Part shown: positions 1 to 9,396 of the stretch, one piece after another
How the letters are laid out: each line of letters opens with the position of its first letter
Numbering within the stretch: position 1 is the first letter of the stretch
Source of the DNA: Chthoniobacteraceae bacterium
GTDB lineage: Bacteria; Verrucomicrobiota; Verrucomicrobiia; Chthoniobacterales; Chthoniobacteraceae
Reading direction: 5' to 3'
NCBI GenBank assembly: GCA_031409655.1
Contig: JANNXQ010000300.1
Location: 10,072-74,071, forward strand
DNA length: 64,000 nucleotides
Made by a program: the position numbers and the translations under genes
Notes under the pieces: model-generated
Databases searched by the model: none
Told to the model about the DNA's origin: nothing
The model's input: only the letters and a program-made list of their open reading frames with translations

Positions 1-1676
1 GTGAGTTTGCCATTCACGTGCATTCCCGGGTACGGCGTGAAGCCGTTGAACTGTGTGACGATCTTCTGCGCGCGCGCGTCGAATTGCTTCGCGTCCTCCG
101 CGGTCCACCAATCCTTCAAGCTGCCGTCCGCGTCGTATTGCCGCCCGTCGCTGTCGAAGCCGTGCGTCATCTCGTGGCCGATCGTCGCGCCGATGTTCCC
201 GTAGTTCACCGCGTCGTCGAGCGCGGGGTCAAACATCGGCGGCTGCAGGATGCCGGCGGGCAGCGTGATGCTGTTCTGGGTCGGCATGAAGAAGGCATTC
301 ACCGTCGGCGGCGAGCAGAGCCACTCCGCGCGATCCACGGCCTGTCCGAGCCGCGCGACCTTGCGCTTCCACTCGAAGACCGCGGATCGCTCCACATTGC
401 CAAAGTAATCGTCGCGCCGGATCTCGATCGCCGAGTAGTCGCGGTACTTCGCGGGATGGCCGACCTTCGCAAAGAAGCGCTCCAGCTTGCCCAGCGCTTG
501 ATTCCGCGTGGCCTCGGTCATCCAGCCGACCTTCGCGAGCCGGTCGCGGAAGGCGGCGTGAAAATTTCCGACCATCTCCTCGACGCGCGCCTTCGATGCG
601 GGTGGAAAATGGCGCTCGCAGTAGAGTTGCCCGAGCGCTTCGCCGAGACAGTCGTCCACCACGCGCGTCGTGCGGCGCCAGAGCGGCGCCTGCTCGGGCT
701 GGCCGTTCAGCTTGGTGCCGTAAAAGGCGAAGTGCTCGCGGTCTGCAGCCTCGTGCAGATACGATGCTGCATCGGAGATCACGTGCCAGCGGAGATAAGT
801 CTTCCAAGTGTCCAGCGGCTCGGATTTCAGCAGCTTGCTGACGCCGGTGAGATACTCCGGTTGGCCGACAATCACCGTCTCGGGCGCGCCCGCTCCGAGC
901 GTTTTGAAATACTCGCTCCACGGAAAATTCGGCGCGGCTTCGATGAGCTCCGCCATGGTGAACTTGTGATAGTTCTTCAGCGAATCCTGCAGGTCCTCGC
1001 GCGGCCGACTGAGCTTCGCCAGCGCGGTCTCGAGACGGATGATCGTTTCCGCCTGCTTCGCCGCGCTCTTCGCGGAATCACCCGTGAGCATCAGCATTTT
1101 CACGATGTGCGCGTGGTAGGCTTCGCGTTCCTTTGCGAGCGGCTTCGTCAGATAGTAGTCGCGATCCGGCAGCCCGAGCGCATCGTTGCTCTGCCAAAGA
1201 TCGAGAGCGTAGATCGCGCTGTTCTTTGCATCAGGCGAGACGTCCGCATCAAAGAGCACGCCACTCCCGCGCGCGTGGAACTCACCAAGCAGCGGCGCAA
1301 GTTCGCCGACGGTCTTCAGTCCGACGATGCGTTGAAGATCATGCGCGATCGGCTGAAAGCCGAGCCGATTGCGCGTCGCGAGATCGAGCCCCGAGGCATA
1401 AAGCTCCGCGACCTGCCGCCCCGGCGTCTCCAGGATCGCGCGGAGCTGCAGCCACACCCGCTCTTCCAGCATCTGCCACGGCCCCCACGCCGTCTTATCC
1501 GGCGGAATGCGATTCACCTTCAGCCATCCGCCGCAGGAGTAGCGGTAAAAATTTTCGCCCGGGTCCACCGCCCGATCCACGTAGCCGATCGAGAAGCGAA
1601 ACTCCGGCGGCAGCTCCTGCGCAACCGCGGACGACACCAGAGCTACGAGAGTAAAAAGGAGGGCAGATAACTTCAT
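1..1676 (-). CDS. M13 family metallopeptidase (neprilysin/PepO-like); 3' end runs off the window
   Basis: Manual minus-strand translation gives a signal peptide MKLSALLFTLVALVSSAVAQE, then VDPGENFYRYSCGGW and VNAFFMPTQNSITLPAGILQPP...NYGNIGATIGHEMTHGFD (HExxH). Absent from the ORF track because its stop lies outside the window. Confidence 0.93.
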   Translation of the reverse strand, partial: MKLSALLFTLVALVSSAVAQELPPEFRFSIGYVDRAVDPGENFYRYSCGGWLKVNRIPPDKTAWGPWQMLEERVWLQLRAILETPGRQVAELYASGLDLATRNRLGFQPIAHDLQRIVGLKTVGELAPLLGEFHARGSGVLFDADVSPDAKNSAIYALDLWQSNDALGLPDRDYYLTKPLAKEREAYHAHIVKMLMLTGDSAKSAAKQAETIIRLETALAKLSRPREDLQDSLKNYHKFTMAELIEAAPNFPWSEYFKTLGAGAPETVIVGQPEYLTGVSKLLKSEPLDTWKTYLRWHVISDAASYLHEAADREHFAFYGTKLNGQPEQAPLWRRTTRVVDDCLGEALGQLYCERHFPPASKARVEEMVGNFHAAFRDRLAKVGWMTEATRNQALGKLERFFAKVGHPAKYRDYSAIEIRRDDYFGNVERSAVFEWKRKVARLGQAVDRAEWLCSPPTVNAFFMPTQNSITLPAGILQPPMFDPALDDAVNYGNIGATIGHEMTHGFDSDGRQYDADGSLKDWWTAEDAKQFDARAQKIVTQFNGFTPYPGMHVNGKL

Positions 1677-1749
1677 GCGGAGATGAACGGAGGCGAACCT
1701 GTCACCCGCTGGGAGCAAGGACAACGCCCGAAGGAGGCGTCATCATTCA

Positions 1750-1867
1750 TTTGGCGTTTGAAGTTTAGCGTTTGAAGTTTGGCGTTCCATCAGTGGCAGG
1801 CGTCGAGCCTTGCTCGGGACATGGCGGCTAAACTTCAAACTTCAAACGCCAAACACTAAACTCCAAA
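1750..1867. repeat. Inverted pair of heptamer tandem arrays (TTTG(G/A)(C/A)G type)
   Basis: tttggcg-tttgaag-tttagcg-tttgaag-tttggcg (1750-1786) faces aaacttc-aaacttc-aaacgcc-aaacact-aaactcc (about 1830-1867). Confidence 0.85.
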
Positions 1868-1896
1868 GGAAGGAGACCGCCCGCCCGATGAGGAGG

Positions 1897-1924
1897 TTGC
1901 AATCGGCGCGGCTTTGCCTACTTT
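1897..1924 (+). promoter_or_regulatory. Candidate sigma70 promoter for the leuA leader
   Basis: TTGCAA (1897-1902), 16-nt spacer, TACTTT (1919-1924). Confidence 0.5.
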
Positions 1925-1934
1925 CCCGCCACTC

Positions 1935-2027
1935 ATGCGTCACCTGTTGACCAGCCGACTTACTTCGCTCCGCGTTTCTGCCGCGCGCACTTTCCTGTGC
2001 ACGGCTCGCGGAGCCTTCCTCGTGTAA
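1935..2027 (+). CDS. Putative leuA leader peptide, 30 aa (MRHLLTSRLTSLRVSAARTFLCTARGAFLV)
   Basis: Short ORF just downstream of the promoter-like motif. It has 6 Leu codons of four types (CTG, TTG, CTT, CTC), ends 76 nt before leuA, and segments 1951-1959 and 2030-2038 are complementary. Confidence 0.55.
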   Translation: MRHLLTSRLTSLRVSAARTFLCTARGAFLV

Positions 2028-2103
2028 TCGTCGGCTGGCGCTGCTTCGGGCGAGCAGTGGCTGGCTCCGTGAAATTTCCGCCGCCCGTCAAAACTTCTGA
2101 CCC

Positions 2104-3765
2104 ATGACCTCTTCCGTTAGCAGCAAGTATCGTCCTTTCCCACCGATCCCGATCACGGATCGCCAGTGGCCATCCCGCACCCTCACCCACGCGCCCATCT
2201 GGTGCAGCGTCGATCTCCGCGATGGCAATCAAGCCCTCGCCGTGCCGATGAATGTCTCGCAGAAACTCGAACTCTTCGACGCGCTGGTGAAGTGCGGGTT
2301 CAAGGAAATCGAAGTCGGTTTCCCGTCCGCTTCAAACACCGAGTTCGCCTTCAACCGCAGCCTCATCGAGGAAAACCGCATCCCAGACGATGTCACCATC
2401 CAGTGCCTTGTGCAGGCGCGCGAGGAGCTGATCGAGAAGACCGTGCAGTCGCTGATGGGTGCGAAGCAGGTAATCATCCACATGTACAATTCCACGTCGC
2501 CCGCGCAGCGGAAGTACGTCTTTGGCATGAGTAAGGAAGAGATCGTCGGCATGGCTGTGCGCGGTGCGCAGATGATTAAGGATCGCATCCATCGTCTCGA
2601 AGACAGCGGCACGAAAGTGATGCTGCAATATTCGCCCGAGAGTTTCAGCGCGACGGAGGTCGAATTTTCCAAGGAGATCAGCGAAGCCGTGATGGACGTG
2701 TGGCAGCCGACGCCCGAGCGGAAGATGATCCTCAACCTGCCCGACACCGTCGAAGTCGCCGGGCCGAATGTGTACGCGGATCAGATCGAGTGGATGTGCA
2801 AAAACATCCGGGACCGCGACGCGCTCATCATCAGCCTGCACACGCACAACGATCGCGGCACCGGCACCGCCGCCACCGAGCTCGGCCTGCTCGCCGGCGC
2901 GGATCGCGTCGAAGGCACGCTCTTCGGCAATGGCGAGCGCACCGGCAATCTCGACGTCGTGCAAGTGGCGATGAACCTCTACACGCACGGCGTCGATCCG
3001 CAGCTCGACTTCAGCAACATAAACGCGCTCATCGCGACCTACGAGCGCACCACCGGCATGACCGTGCCGCCGCGCCAGCCCTACTCCGGCGAGTTGGTCT
3101 TCACCGCCTTCTCCGGCTCGCATCAGGACGCGATCAAGAAAGGCTTCACCTGCTACGAGAAAGCGCACGGACCCTGGGACGTGCCTTACCTCACGATCGA
3201 TCCGCACGATATCGGCCGCGAGTATCGCGAAGTCATCCGAGTGAATGGCCAGAGCGGTAAAGGCGGCGTCGCCTATCTTCTCGAATGCGACTTTGGCATT
3301 GAACTGCCCAAGGACATGCAGCGCGAATTTGGCCCCATCGCCAACGACGCCGTGGATGCCCTCGGGCGCGAAGTCACTGCCGCCGAGCTGAAAGGAATGT
3401 TTTGGCGCGAATACATCGAGCGCACCGCGCCGTGGGAACTCATCCACTTCCACGCCGATGGCGTCGATGGCGTCTTCCACTGCCGCGCCTCCGCCCGCCA
3501 CTCCGGCGCCGAGGTGAAACTCACCGGCGAAGGCAACGGCCCCATCGCCGCCTTCGTCCACGCCCTGCACACTGCCGGTGCGCCGAAGTTTGAGGTCGCC
3601 TATTACAAAGAGCACGCCCTCGGCTCCGGCAGCGAAGCGAGCGCCATCGCCTACATCCAGCTCAAGCTCGCCGACGGCACCGTGAAGTGGGGCGCCGGCG
3701 TCGATACAAACATCGAGCTGGCCTCGATCAAAGCCGTGCTCAGCGCGGTGAATCGGGCGACGTAG
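2104..3765 (+). CDS. leuA: 2-isopropylmalate synthase (LeuA type 2)
   Basis: WCSVDLRDGNQAL, EIEVGFP, SLHTHNDRG, EGTLFGNGERTGN, AFSGSHQDAI, VIRVNGQSGKGG and a C-terminal regulatory domain (GNGPI). Confidence 0.97.
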   Translation: MTSSVSSKYRPFPPIPITDRQWPSRTLTHAPIWCSVDLRDGNQALAVPMNVSQKLELFDALVKCGFKEIEVGFPSASNTEFAFNRSLIEENRIPDDVTIQCLVQAREELIEKTVQSLMGAKQVIIHMYNSTSPAQRKYVFGMSKEEIVGMAVRGAQMIKDRIHRLEDSGTKVMLQYSPESFSATEVEFSKEISEAVMDVWQPTPERKMILNLPDTVEVAGPNVYADQIEWMCKNIRDRDALIISLHTHNDRGTGTAATELGLLAGADRVEGTLFGNGERTGNLDVVQVAMNLYTHGVDPQLDFSNINALIATYERTTGMTVPPRQPYSGELVFTAFSGSHQDAIKKGFTCYEKAHGPWDVPYLTIDPHDIGREYREVIRVNGQSGKGGVAYLLECDFGIELPKDMQREFGPIANDAVDALGREVTAAELKGMFWREYIERTAPWELIHFHADGVDGVFHCRASARHSGAEVKLTGEGNGPIAAFVHALHTAGAPKFEVAYYKEHALGSGSEASAIAYIQLKLADGTVKWGAGVDTNIELASIKAVLSAVNRAT

Positions 3766-3819
3766 CGCCGTGGTCTTCGTGCTGGTTTCAGATCGTCGCG
3801 CCACGTATCCGTCGCTGCC

Positions 3820-4452
3820 ATGAATCGCGCCTTCCTCTTCGCTCTCCTGCCGCTGGCTCTCGTCTTTTCCTCGTGCTCCACGGCGCGCACGACGAGTGGG
3901 TCCGCGCCAGCGTCGGTGAATCTGCGCCAGATGATCGTGCCAGCGGGCCAGCATGGGCGGCGGAAGGAATTTCGGATGAATCCGAAGTACATCACCATTC
4001 ACAGCACCCAGAATCGGGGTGGCACGGCGCTGGCCCATGCGCGCGGGATGGCGTCGGGGAATTTCCGCGGAACGTCGCCGTTCAACCGCACCGGGTATCT
4101 CACGTGGCACTTCACGGTCGATGATCAGATGGCGATCCAATCGCTGCCGCTCAACATCCAGGGCGAACACGCGGATCACGATGGACCTGGCAACACGACG
4201 AGCATCGGGATCGAGATTTGTGAATTCGGCGACCGCGGGCGGCAGGCGGCGGCGATCGACCGCGCGGCGCGCCTCACGGCTTACGTGATGCGCCAGACCG
4301 GGGTCCCGCTGGCCCGCGTCGTGCCGCACTACCACTGGCCGCAGCATCACTTCAAGCACCACCAGAAGAACTGCCCGATCATCTTGCTCGACGCCGGCAA
4401 GCCGGGGCCGCGGTGGGAGGCGTTTCTGCGGAAGGTGCGGAGCTACTACTGA
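3820..4452 (+). CDS. N-acetylmuramoyl-L-alanine amidase (Amidase_2 family), lipoprotein
   Basis: Lipobox FSSC; ITIHST, WHFTVDD, HA...GNTTSIGIEIC, VVPH, KNCP. Confidence 0.88.
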   Translation: MNRAFLFALLPLALVFSSCSTARTTSGSAPASVNLRQMIVPAGQHGRRKEFRMNPKYITIHSTQNRGGTALAHARGMASGNFRGTSPFNRTGYLTWHFTVDDQMAIQSLPLNIQGEHADHDGPGNTTSIGIEICEFGDRGRQAAAIDRAARLTAYVMRQTGVPLARVVPHYHWPQHHFKHHQKNCPIILLDAGKPGPRWEAFLRKVRSYY

Positions 4453-4455
4453 CCG

Positions 4456-4553
4456 GGAGGGACATGCTCCGTCATGTCCCAGGGCGAATGGGACGGAGCT
4501 GGAGCCTGCCACCTTCGCCCGAAAGTCCGGGACACGACGGAGCGTGTCCCTCC
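4456..4553. repeat. REP-like inverted doublet (GGAG-footed hairpins) between convergent genes
   Basis: ggagggacatgctccgtcatgtccc (4456-4480) versus gggacacgacggagcgtgtccctcc (4529-4553): 23/25 inverted identity, and each arm is itself a hairpin. Confidence 0.85.
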
Positions 4554-4557
4554 AGGT

Positions 4558-4977
4558 TTAGACTGCGCTGCGTTCGATGATCGTGCGGGTCTCGGAGTTG
4601 GCGTGGAAGTCGAAGTGGCGCGTGTGCCCGGGGAGCAGTGCGGGAAATTTTTCTGCCCACTCGATGGCGAGCACGCCATCGGCGTCGAGGTAGTCGTCGA
4701 AGCCGATCCGTAGGAGGTCGTCTTCGGATTCGAGGCGATAGAAGTCGAAGTGGCAGAGCGGGAGGCGACCGCCCGGATATTCGTGGATGAGCGTGAAGGT
4801 GGGGCTGGTGACTTCGGCGGTGATGCCGAGACCGGCGGCGAGGCCTTTGACGAAGTGCGTCTTGCCGGCGCCGAGATCGCCGCAGAGCGCGAGCACGTCG
4901 CCGGCTCGGAGGGTTCCGGCGATGGCCTGGCCGAAGGCGAAGGTCTCGGCGGGGCTATGCGAAGTGATCGAAGCCAC
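4558..4977 (-). CDS. tsaE: tRNA threonylcarbamoyladenosine biosynthesis ATPase TsaE
   Basis: GDLGAGKT Walker [22 protein letters not shown]. Confidence 0.96.
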   Translation of the reverse strand: MASITSHSPAETFAFGQAIAGTLRAGDVLALCGDLGAGKTHFVKGLAAGLGITAEVTSPTFTLIHEYPGGRLPLCHFDFYRLESEDDLLRIGFDDYLDADGVLAIEWAEKFPALLPGHTRHFDFHANSETRTIIERSAV

Positions 4978-5845
4978 TTTTGAATTTCAGATTTCGGATT
5001 TCAGATTTCAGATTGAGGGTGCCCACGCGTGTGAGCGGCAGTTTGGGAAAGGCGCGGTGCCATTCGAGTGCGAGACGGGCGGTGTCGCGAGGGGGGAGGG
5101 CAAAGAGGAGTTCGTAGTCTTCGCCGTCGGTGAGGGCTTGCTCGATGGTGCGGCCGGGGGTGCGCGACACCGAGTCTCGTTCGAGCGAGAAGCCGCAGCG
5201 GCTGGCGGCGGCGAGGCGGGGGAGGTCGGCGGCGAGGCCGTCGCTCAGGTCCATCATTGCGCTCGGCTGGAAGTGCGTGACCAGCCAGCGGGCTTCGGCG
5301 AGGCGCGGGGTGAAGGTGAGATGTTTGCCGGTGATCGAACCCCCGAGGCGACCAGTCACGTAGAGCGCGTCGCCGGGTTTGCCGCCCGACCGCAAGACGC
5401 AGCGGGTGCGCTCCACTTCGCCAGTGAGCGTGACGCTGAGGAACATCGGCCCTGGCGAGCGTGCGGTCTCGCCGCCGACGATGCTCACGCCGAACTTCCG
5501 CGCCGCTTTCCGCAGGCCAGCGTAGAGCGCCTGCACGTCGGCCACTTTTCGCTCCGGGGAAATGGCCAGCGTGACGAGGGCGTGCCGCGGTTCGCCGCCC
5601 ATCGCGGCGATGTCGCTGAGCGCGCGGCAGAGCGCCTTCCAGCCAACGCGGCGCAGGTCTGCGGTCGGGAGAAAATGCACGCCTTCCACCACGGCGTCCG
5701 TTTTCAAAAGCAACCAGCGCGCAGCCCGCGGACGACCGATGACCGCACAGTCGTCCCCTGCGCCGACGCGCACATCCTGGCCGATCGCGAGCCGACGCGT
5801 GATCTCCGCGACCAGCCGATCTTCGCCGTAGTGGGCGAGCTTCAC
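4955..5845 (-). CDS. thiL: Thiamine-monophosphate kinase
   Basis: [46 protein letters not shown] start at 5845 overlaps the upstream stop. Confidence 0.94.
   Translation of the reverse strand: MKLAHYGEDRLVAEITRRLAIGQDVRVGAGDDCAVIGRPRAARWLLLKTDAVVEGVHFLPTADLRRVGWKALCRALSDIAAMGGEPRHALVTLAISPERKVADVQALYAGLRKAARKFGVSIVGGETARSPGPMFLSVTLTGEVERTRCVLRSGGKPGDALYVTGRLGGSITGKHLTFTPRLAEARWLVTHFQPSAMMDLSDGLAADLPRLAAASRCGFSLERDSVSRTPGRTIEQALTDGEDYELLFALPPRDTARLALEWHRAFPKLPLTRVGTLNLKSEIRNLKFKSGFDHFA
4978..5016. repeat. Heptamer array (ATTTCAG)n inside the 3' end of thiL
   Basis: tttgaatttcagatttcggatttcagatttcagattg; encodes [13 protein letters not shown] in ThiL. Confidence 0.8.
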
Positions 5846-6708
5846 GGCTGGAAGGCGGGCACCTTGCCTTGCGATTGCAGATAAAGCATGACGAGCGAGG
5901 TGCAGTTGTAGAGGGCGTGCATGCCGATGGGGACGAGGAGCGAACCGGTGCGCTCGTAGGCCGCGGTGAGGCAGAGCGCGAGGACGAAGAGGCCGGGCAG
6001 CGACGCGAGGTTCAGGTGGAAGGCGGCGAAGAGCAGCGAGGTGGCGAGCGCGGCAGGGAAGGCGCCGAGGTAGCGTTTGCTGACGCCGTAGAAGTAGCCG
6101 CGGAAGAGGAACTCTTCGCACGGTGGTGCGAGCAGGACGGTGGCGACGAAGGCTTTCAGCATCGCGGCGTAGTTGCCGTCGCGGGAGAGTTCGCGGAAGA
6201 GGCCCACGAGATCCTGCTCGCTGGCGAGGTCGCGCAGCATCAGGACGGTGAGGTAGTTTGTGACCGTGATGACGGGCATCGAGGCGACGAGGAAAAGCCC
6301 AGCGGTCGCGCCGGCGGCGATCAGCGAGAGGCGTGCGAGACCGAAGACCCGCACGGGATTGAGGCGGCGGTAGAGCATGAAGCCGCCAACGCCCGCGACA
6401 ATGGCGACGAGGAAAAGCTGCGCCGGGAGCAGGTTGTCGAGGGAGAGTTCCGTCTCCGCGCCGGGCCGGCGCTGCAGCGCCTCGACCATGGTGGCGATGA
6501 AAAAGAGGGCCAGCGTGCCCCCGGTGAGCAGGTCCGGCAGGCCAAACTCGCCGGCCTCGACCCGGCCGCCGTAGCGCACGAGATGATTCAGCACGCGGAC
6601 GAAAACGATTGCTGCCGTCGCGAAAAAGACGAATCCGATCAACGAGGTGCTGAGCTGCTGCAGCGTCGGTGCGGCAGCGAGCGGCCCTGCGAGAAGCGCG
6701 ACCCCCAT
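5842..6708 (-). CDS. CPBP/Abi family intramembrane metalloprotease
   Basis: Multiple TM segments; [19 protein letters not shown] motifs. Confidence 0.9.
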   Translation of the reverse strand: MGVALLAGPLAAAPTLQQLSTSLIGFVFFATAAIVFVRVLNHLVRYGGRVEAGEFGLPDLLTGGTLALFFIATMVEALQRRPGAETELSLDNLLPAQLFLVAIVAGVGGFMLYRRLNPVRVFGLARLSLIAAGATAGLFLVASMPVITVTNYLTVLMLRDLASEQDLVGLFRELSRDGNYAAMLKAFVATVLLAPPCEEFLFRGYFYGVSKRYLGAFPAALATSLLFAAFHLNLASLPGLFVLALCLTAAYERTGSLLVPIGMHALYNCTSLVMLYLQSQGKVPAFQP

Positions 6709-6712
6709 GAGC

Positions 6713-7738
6713 TTACGGAGCGTAGAAGCTGGGCAGGTAATAGAGCCGGCCGGTCTCAAGCTTCGGCGTGAGGGCGTCGGCGACTTTTACTTCGATCTTC
6801 GTTTTCTCGCTCTTGCCAAGCAGGCGGAAGAGGCGGCCAAAGTGGAAGGGTGATTCGTAGCGGATGATCGCGGAGCCGGGGGCGTTGCCGAGTTCCATGG
6901 CCTTCGCGTAGGCGTCCTCCACTTCGCCGAGTCCGTCCACGAGCTTCGCCTCATGGGCATCCTTGCCGGAGATCACGCGGCCGTCGGCGACGCCGTTGCG
7001 AAGCTGATCTTCGGGCAGCTTGCGCTCCTTCGCGACGATGCCGACGAACTTCCCGTAAGTCTGCATGATGAGCCCTTGGATGTAGGTTTTCTCCTCCTCG
7101 GTCATCGGGCGCGAGCCGCTGAGGATGTCCTTAAATTTCCCGCTTTTGAAGGTCATGCTTTGCAGGCCGACTTTGTCGAAAAGCTTCTCGTAGTTGATCC
7201 CCTGCATGATGACGCCGATGGAGCCGGTGAAGGTGGTCTCGTGCGCGATGATGTGGCTGGCCCCGCAGGCCACGTAGTAGCCGCCGCTCGCCGCCACCGA
7301 GCCCATATAGACGACCACGGGTTTCTTCCCGTTGTCCCGCGCTTTGCGCACGGCGTTGTAGATGACGTCGGACGCGGTGACTTCGCCGCCGGGCGAATCG
7401 ATGTGGAGCACGATGGCCTTGACGTTTTCGTCCTCCACGGCCTGCTCGAGTTGGAGCTTGAGATCGTCCACCATGGTGTCCCCGATCGAGCCCGGATCAG
7501 CCGCGGTGATGATGCCGCGAAGATGGATGAGCGCGATTTTCGTGTCGGCGGTTTTGGCGCCCTTTACGGACTTGGCCTCGGCGACCACGGCCTCCTCAAA
7601 TTTCGGCGGCCCATGCGAGACGAGGCTCGAGGCGGAGGTCGCCGCGTTGGCCATGATGAAGACGAAATTCAACAGCAGGCTGACGGCGAGGATGACGACG
7701 AGGGAGATACCGAGGCAGCCGAAGCGGTCTTTGGTCAT
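6713..7738 (-). CDS. sppA: Signal peptide peptidase SppA (S49)
   Basis: IDSPGGEV, VAASGGYYVAC, TGSIGV, KSGKFKD, ADGRV; N-terminal TM. Start taken at MTKDRFG. Confidence 0.94.
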   Translation of the reverse strand: MTKDRFGCLGISLVVILAVSLLLNFVFIMANAATSASSLVSHGPPKFEEAVVAEAKSVKGAKTADTKIALIHLRGIITAADPGSIGDTMVDDLKLQLEQAVEDENVKAIVLHIDSPGGEVTASDVIYNAVRKARDNGKKPVVVYMGSVAASGGYYVACGASHIIAHETTFTGSIGVIMQGINYEKLFDKVGLQSMTFKSGKFKDILSGSRPMTEEEKTYIQGLIMQTYGKFVGIVAKERKLPEDQLRNGVADGRVISGKDAHEAKLVDGLGEVEDAYAKAMELGNAPGSAIIRYESPFHFGRLFRLLGKSEKTKIEVKVADALTPKLETGRLYYLPSFYAP

Positions 7739-7805
7739 GGGTGCGGAAGGTGGAGCGGGCGCGGGCGGGAGTGAAGGGGAAAGTGCGGATGCGCTCGGTG
7801 GCGGC

Positions 7806-9302
7806 TCAGTAGCTCCGGGAGCGGAGCTCGCGGAAGGCACCGCCAAGATGCTCGACGACGTCGGTGGCGCAGAGGGATTCCTCACTTTGCGCGCCGCGAT
7901 GCACGGCGAGTTCCGCGGCGCGCCCGCAGAGCCAGGCCCCGACGCGGGCGGCGGCGTAAAGGTTCAACTTTTGCGCGGCGAGCCCCGCGCAGACGCCGGT
8001 GAGCACATCGCCCATGCCGCCAGTGGCCATGCCGGGCGAGCCGGTGGTGTTGTAGGAAAAGAGTACGCCGAGTTGGCCAACGAGGGTGCGTGCTCCTTTG
8101 AGGAGCAGGGTCACGGGGTAGCGATCGGTGAAAGCGCGGACGGTCTCGCGGCGCGGGCGATTTTCGCTCCCCAGATCGAGCCGCAGCATCTCGCCGGAAT
8201 GCGGGGTGAGCAGGCGCTCGCCGGCGCAGGAGCGCAGGATCTCGATGTTCGTCGCGAGAATATTGAGCGCGTCGGCGTCGATGATCACGGGCGCGAGCAG
8301 GCGCTTCATGAGCCAGAGCACGTCTTCGCTGCGCGCGCGGCCGAGTCCGGGGCCGATGGCCACCACGTCATGCCGCGCGTCCGCGACGGCGAGGTAGGAG
8401 GTGACCGAGTGGACCATGACTTCGGGAGGCACGCGGCTGGCGACCGCGGGATGAATGTCCGGCGTGACGTAGAGCGTGACGAGCCCCGCGCCGGCGCGCA
8501 CCGCACCCTCCGCGCACATGATCGCCGCGCCGATGAAACCCGAGGAGCCCGCGATGATCCCGACGCGGCCGCAGTCGCCCTTGTGCAGATCGAAGCGCCG
8601 CGGCGGCAGCAGCGGCGCGAGCGTCGTGGCGGTGCCGAGGCTGGCCGTGAGCGGGGTCGGTGCGAGCCGCGAGGCAAAGGCCGCCAGCGTCAACACCGCG
8701 AGGCGACCGACGAGCGGCACGGCGCGATCCGCCATCATCCCTTGTTTCGCAAAGCCGATGGTGAGCGTGAAATCCGCGACCACGCAGTCCGGGTCACTGG
8801 CGCCGGTATCGGCATCGAGACCGGTCGGGAGATCGATGGCGAAAACCCGCGCCTGCGAGTTGGCGCGCAGCAGATTGATCTCGCGGGCGAGGCCGTCGAT
8901 CGGATGGTCCAGCGCGCCGCGGGCACCGATGCCGAGCAGGCCGTCGAGGATCACCAGCGGCAGCCCGGAGGCATCGACCGGCAGCCGCACCGCCACGCCT
9001 TGATCCCAACTGCGGACCTCCGCGAGCTTCTTCCGGGTGAGCTCCGCACAATCCTTTTCCGCAAAGGCCGGACGAAGATGAATCTTCCATCCTGCGGCGG
9101 CGAGGTGCCGGGCCGCGACGAGGGCATCGCCGCCATTGTGCCCTTTCCCATAGTAGGCGAGGCAAATCCCCGCGTGTCCGGTGAACTGCCCGACGGCCGC
9201 CGCGATCTGCGCCCCCGCGTCCTCCATGAGCGACTCGGGCGTCGCCCCTTCCACAAAGGCGCGCGCCTCCAGGGCTCTGATCTCAGCGGCGGTGTGGATC
9301 AT
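7806..9302 (-). CDS. nnr: Bifunctional NAD(P)H-hydrate epimerase/dehydratase
   Basis: GKGHNGGDA, LDGLLGIG, IDLPTG, HKGDCG, AIGPGLG, IDADALN, LTPHSGE, MATGGMGDVLTG. Confidence 0.95.
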   Translation of the reverse strand: MIHTAAEIRALEARAFVEGATPESLMEDAGAQIAAAVGQFTGHAGICLAYYGKGHNGGDALVAARHLAAAGWKIHLRPAFAEKDCAELTRKKLAEVRSWDQGVAVRLPVDASGLPLVILDGLLGIGARGALDHPIDGLAREINLLRANSQARVFAIDLPTGLDADTGASDPDCVVADFTLTIGFAKQGMMADRAVPLVGRLAVLTLAAFASRLAPTPLTASLGTATTLAPLLPPRRFDLHKGDCGRVGIIAGSSGFIGAAIMCAEGAVRAGAGLVTLYVTPDIHPAVASRVPPEVMVHSVTSYLAVADARHDVVAIGPGLGRARSEDVLWLMKRLLAPVIIDADALNILATNIEILRSCAGERLLTPHSGEMLRLDLGSENRPRRETVRAFTDRYPVTLLLKGARTLVGQLGVLFSYNTTGSPGMATGGMGDVLTGVCAGLAAQKLNLYAAARVGAWLCGRAAELAVHRGAQSEESLCATDVVEHLGGAFRELRSRSY

Positions 9303-9303
9303 C

Positions 9304-9390
9304 GGGATTTCAGATTTGGGATTTCAGATTTCAGATTGGATTCACTCCCGAGCGCTAATTCGACTGCAATCTGCGATCTGCAATCTGAAC
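9304..9390. repeat. Inverted pair of heptamer arrays (GATTTCA / CAATCTG)
   Basis: gggatttcagatttgggatttcagatttcagattgg ... ctgcaatctgcgatctgcaatctgaac fills almost the whole intergenic gap. Confidence 0.8.
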
Positions 9391-9396
9391 TTTTCC

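Noticed and set aside
18..1670. 550-aa plus-strand ORF, and similar long ORFs (2332-4512, 7362-9416, 10119-13157, 26775-28379, 38733-40481, 55645-57423, 61048-62316)
   Set aside because: These are antisense shadows of well-supported genes, typical of high-GC DNA, with no recognisable motifs.
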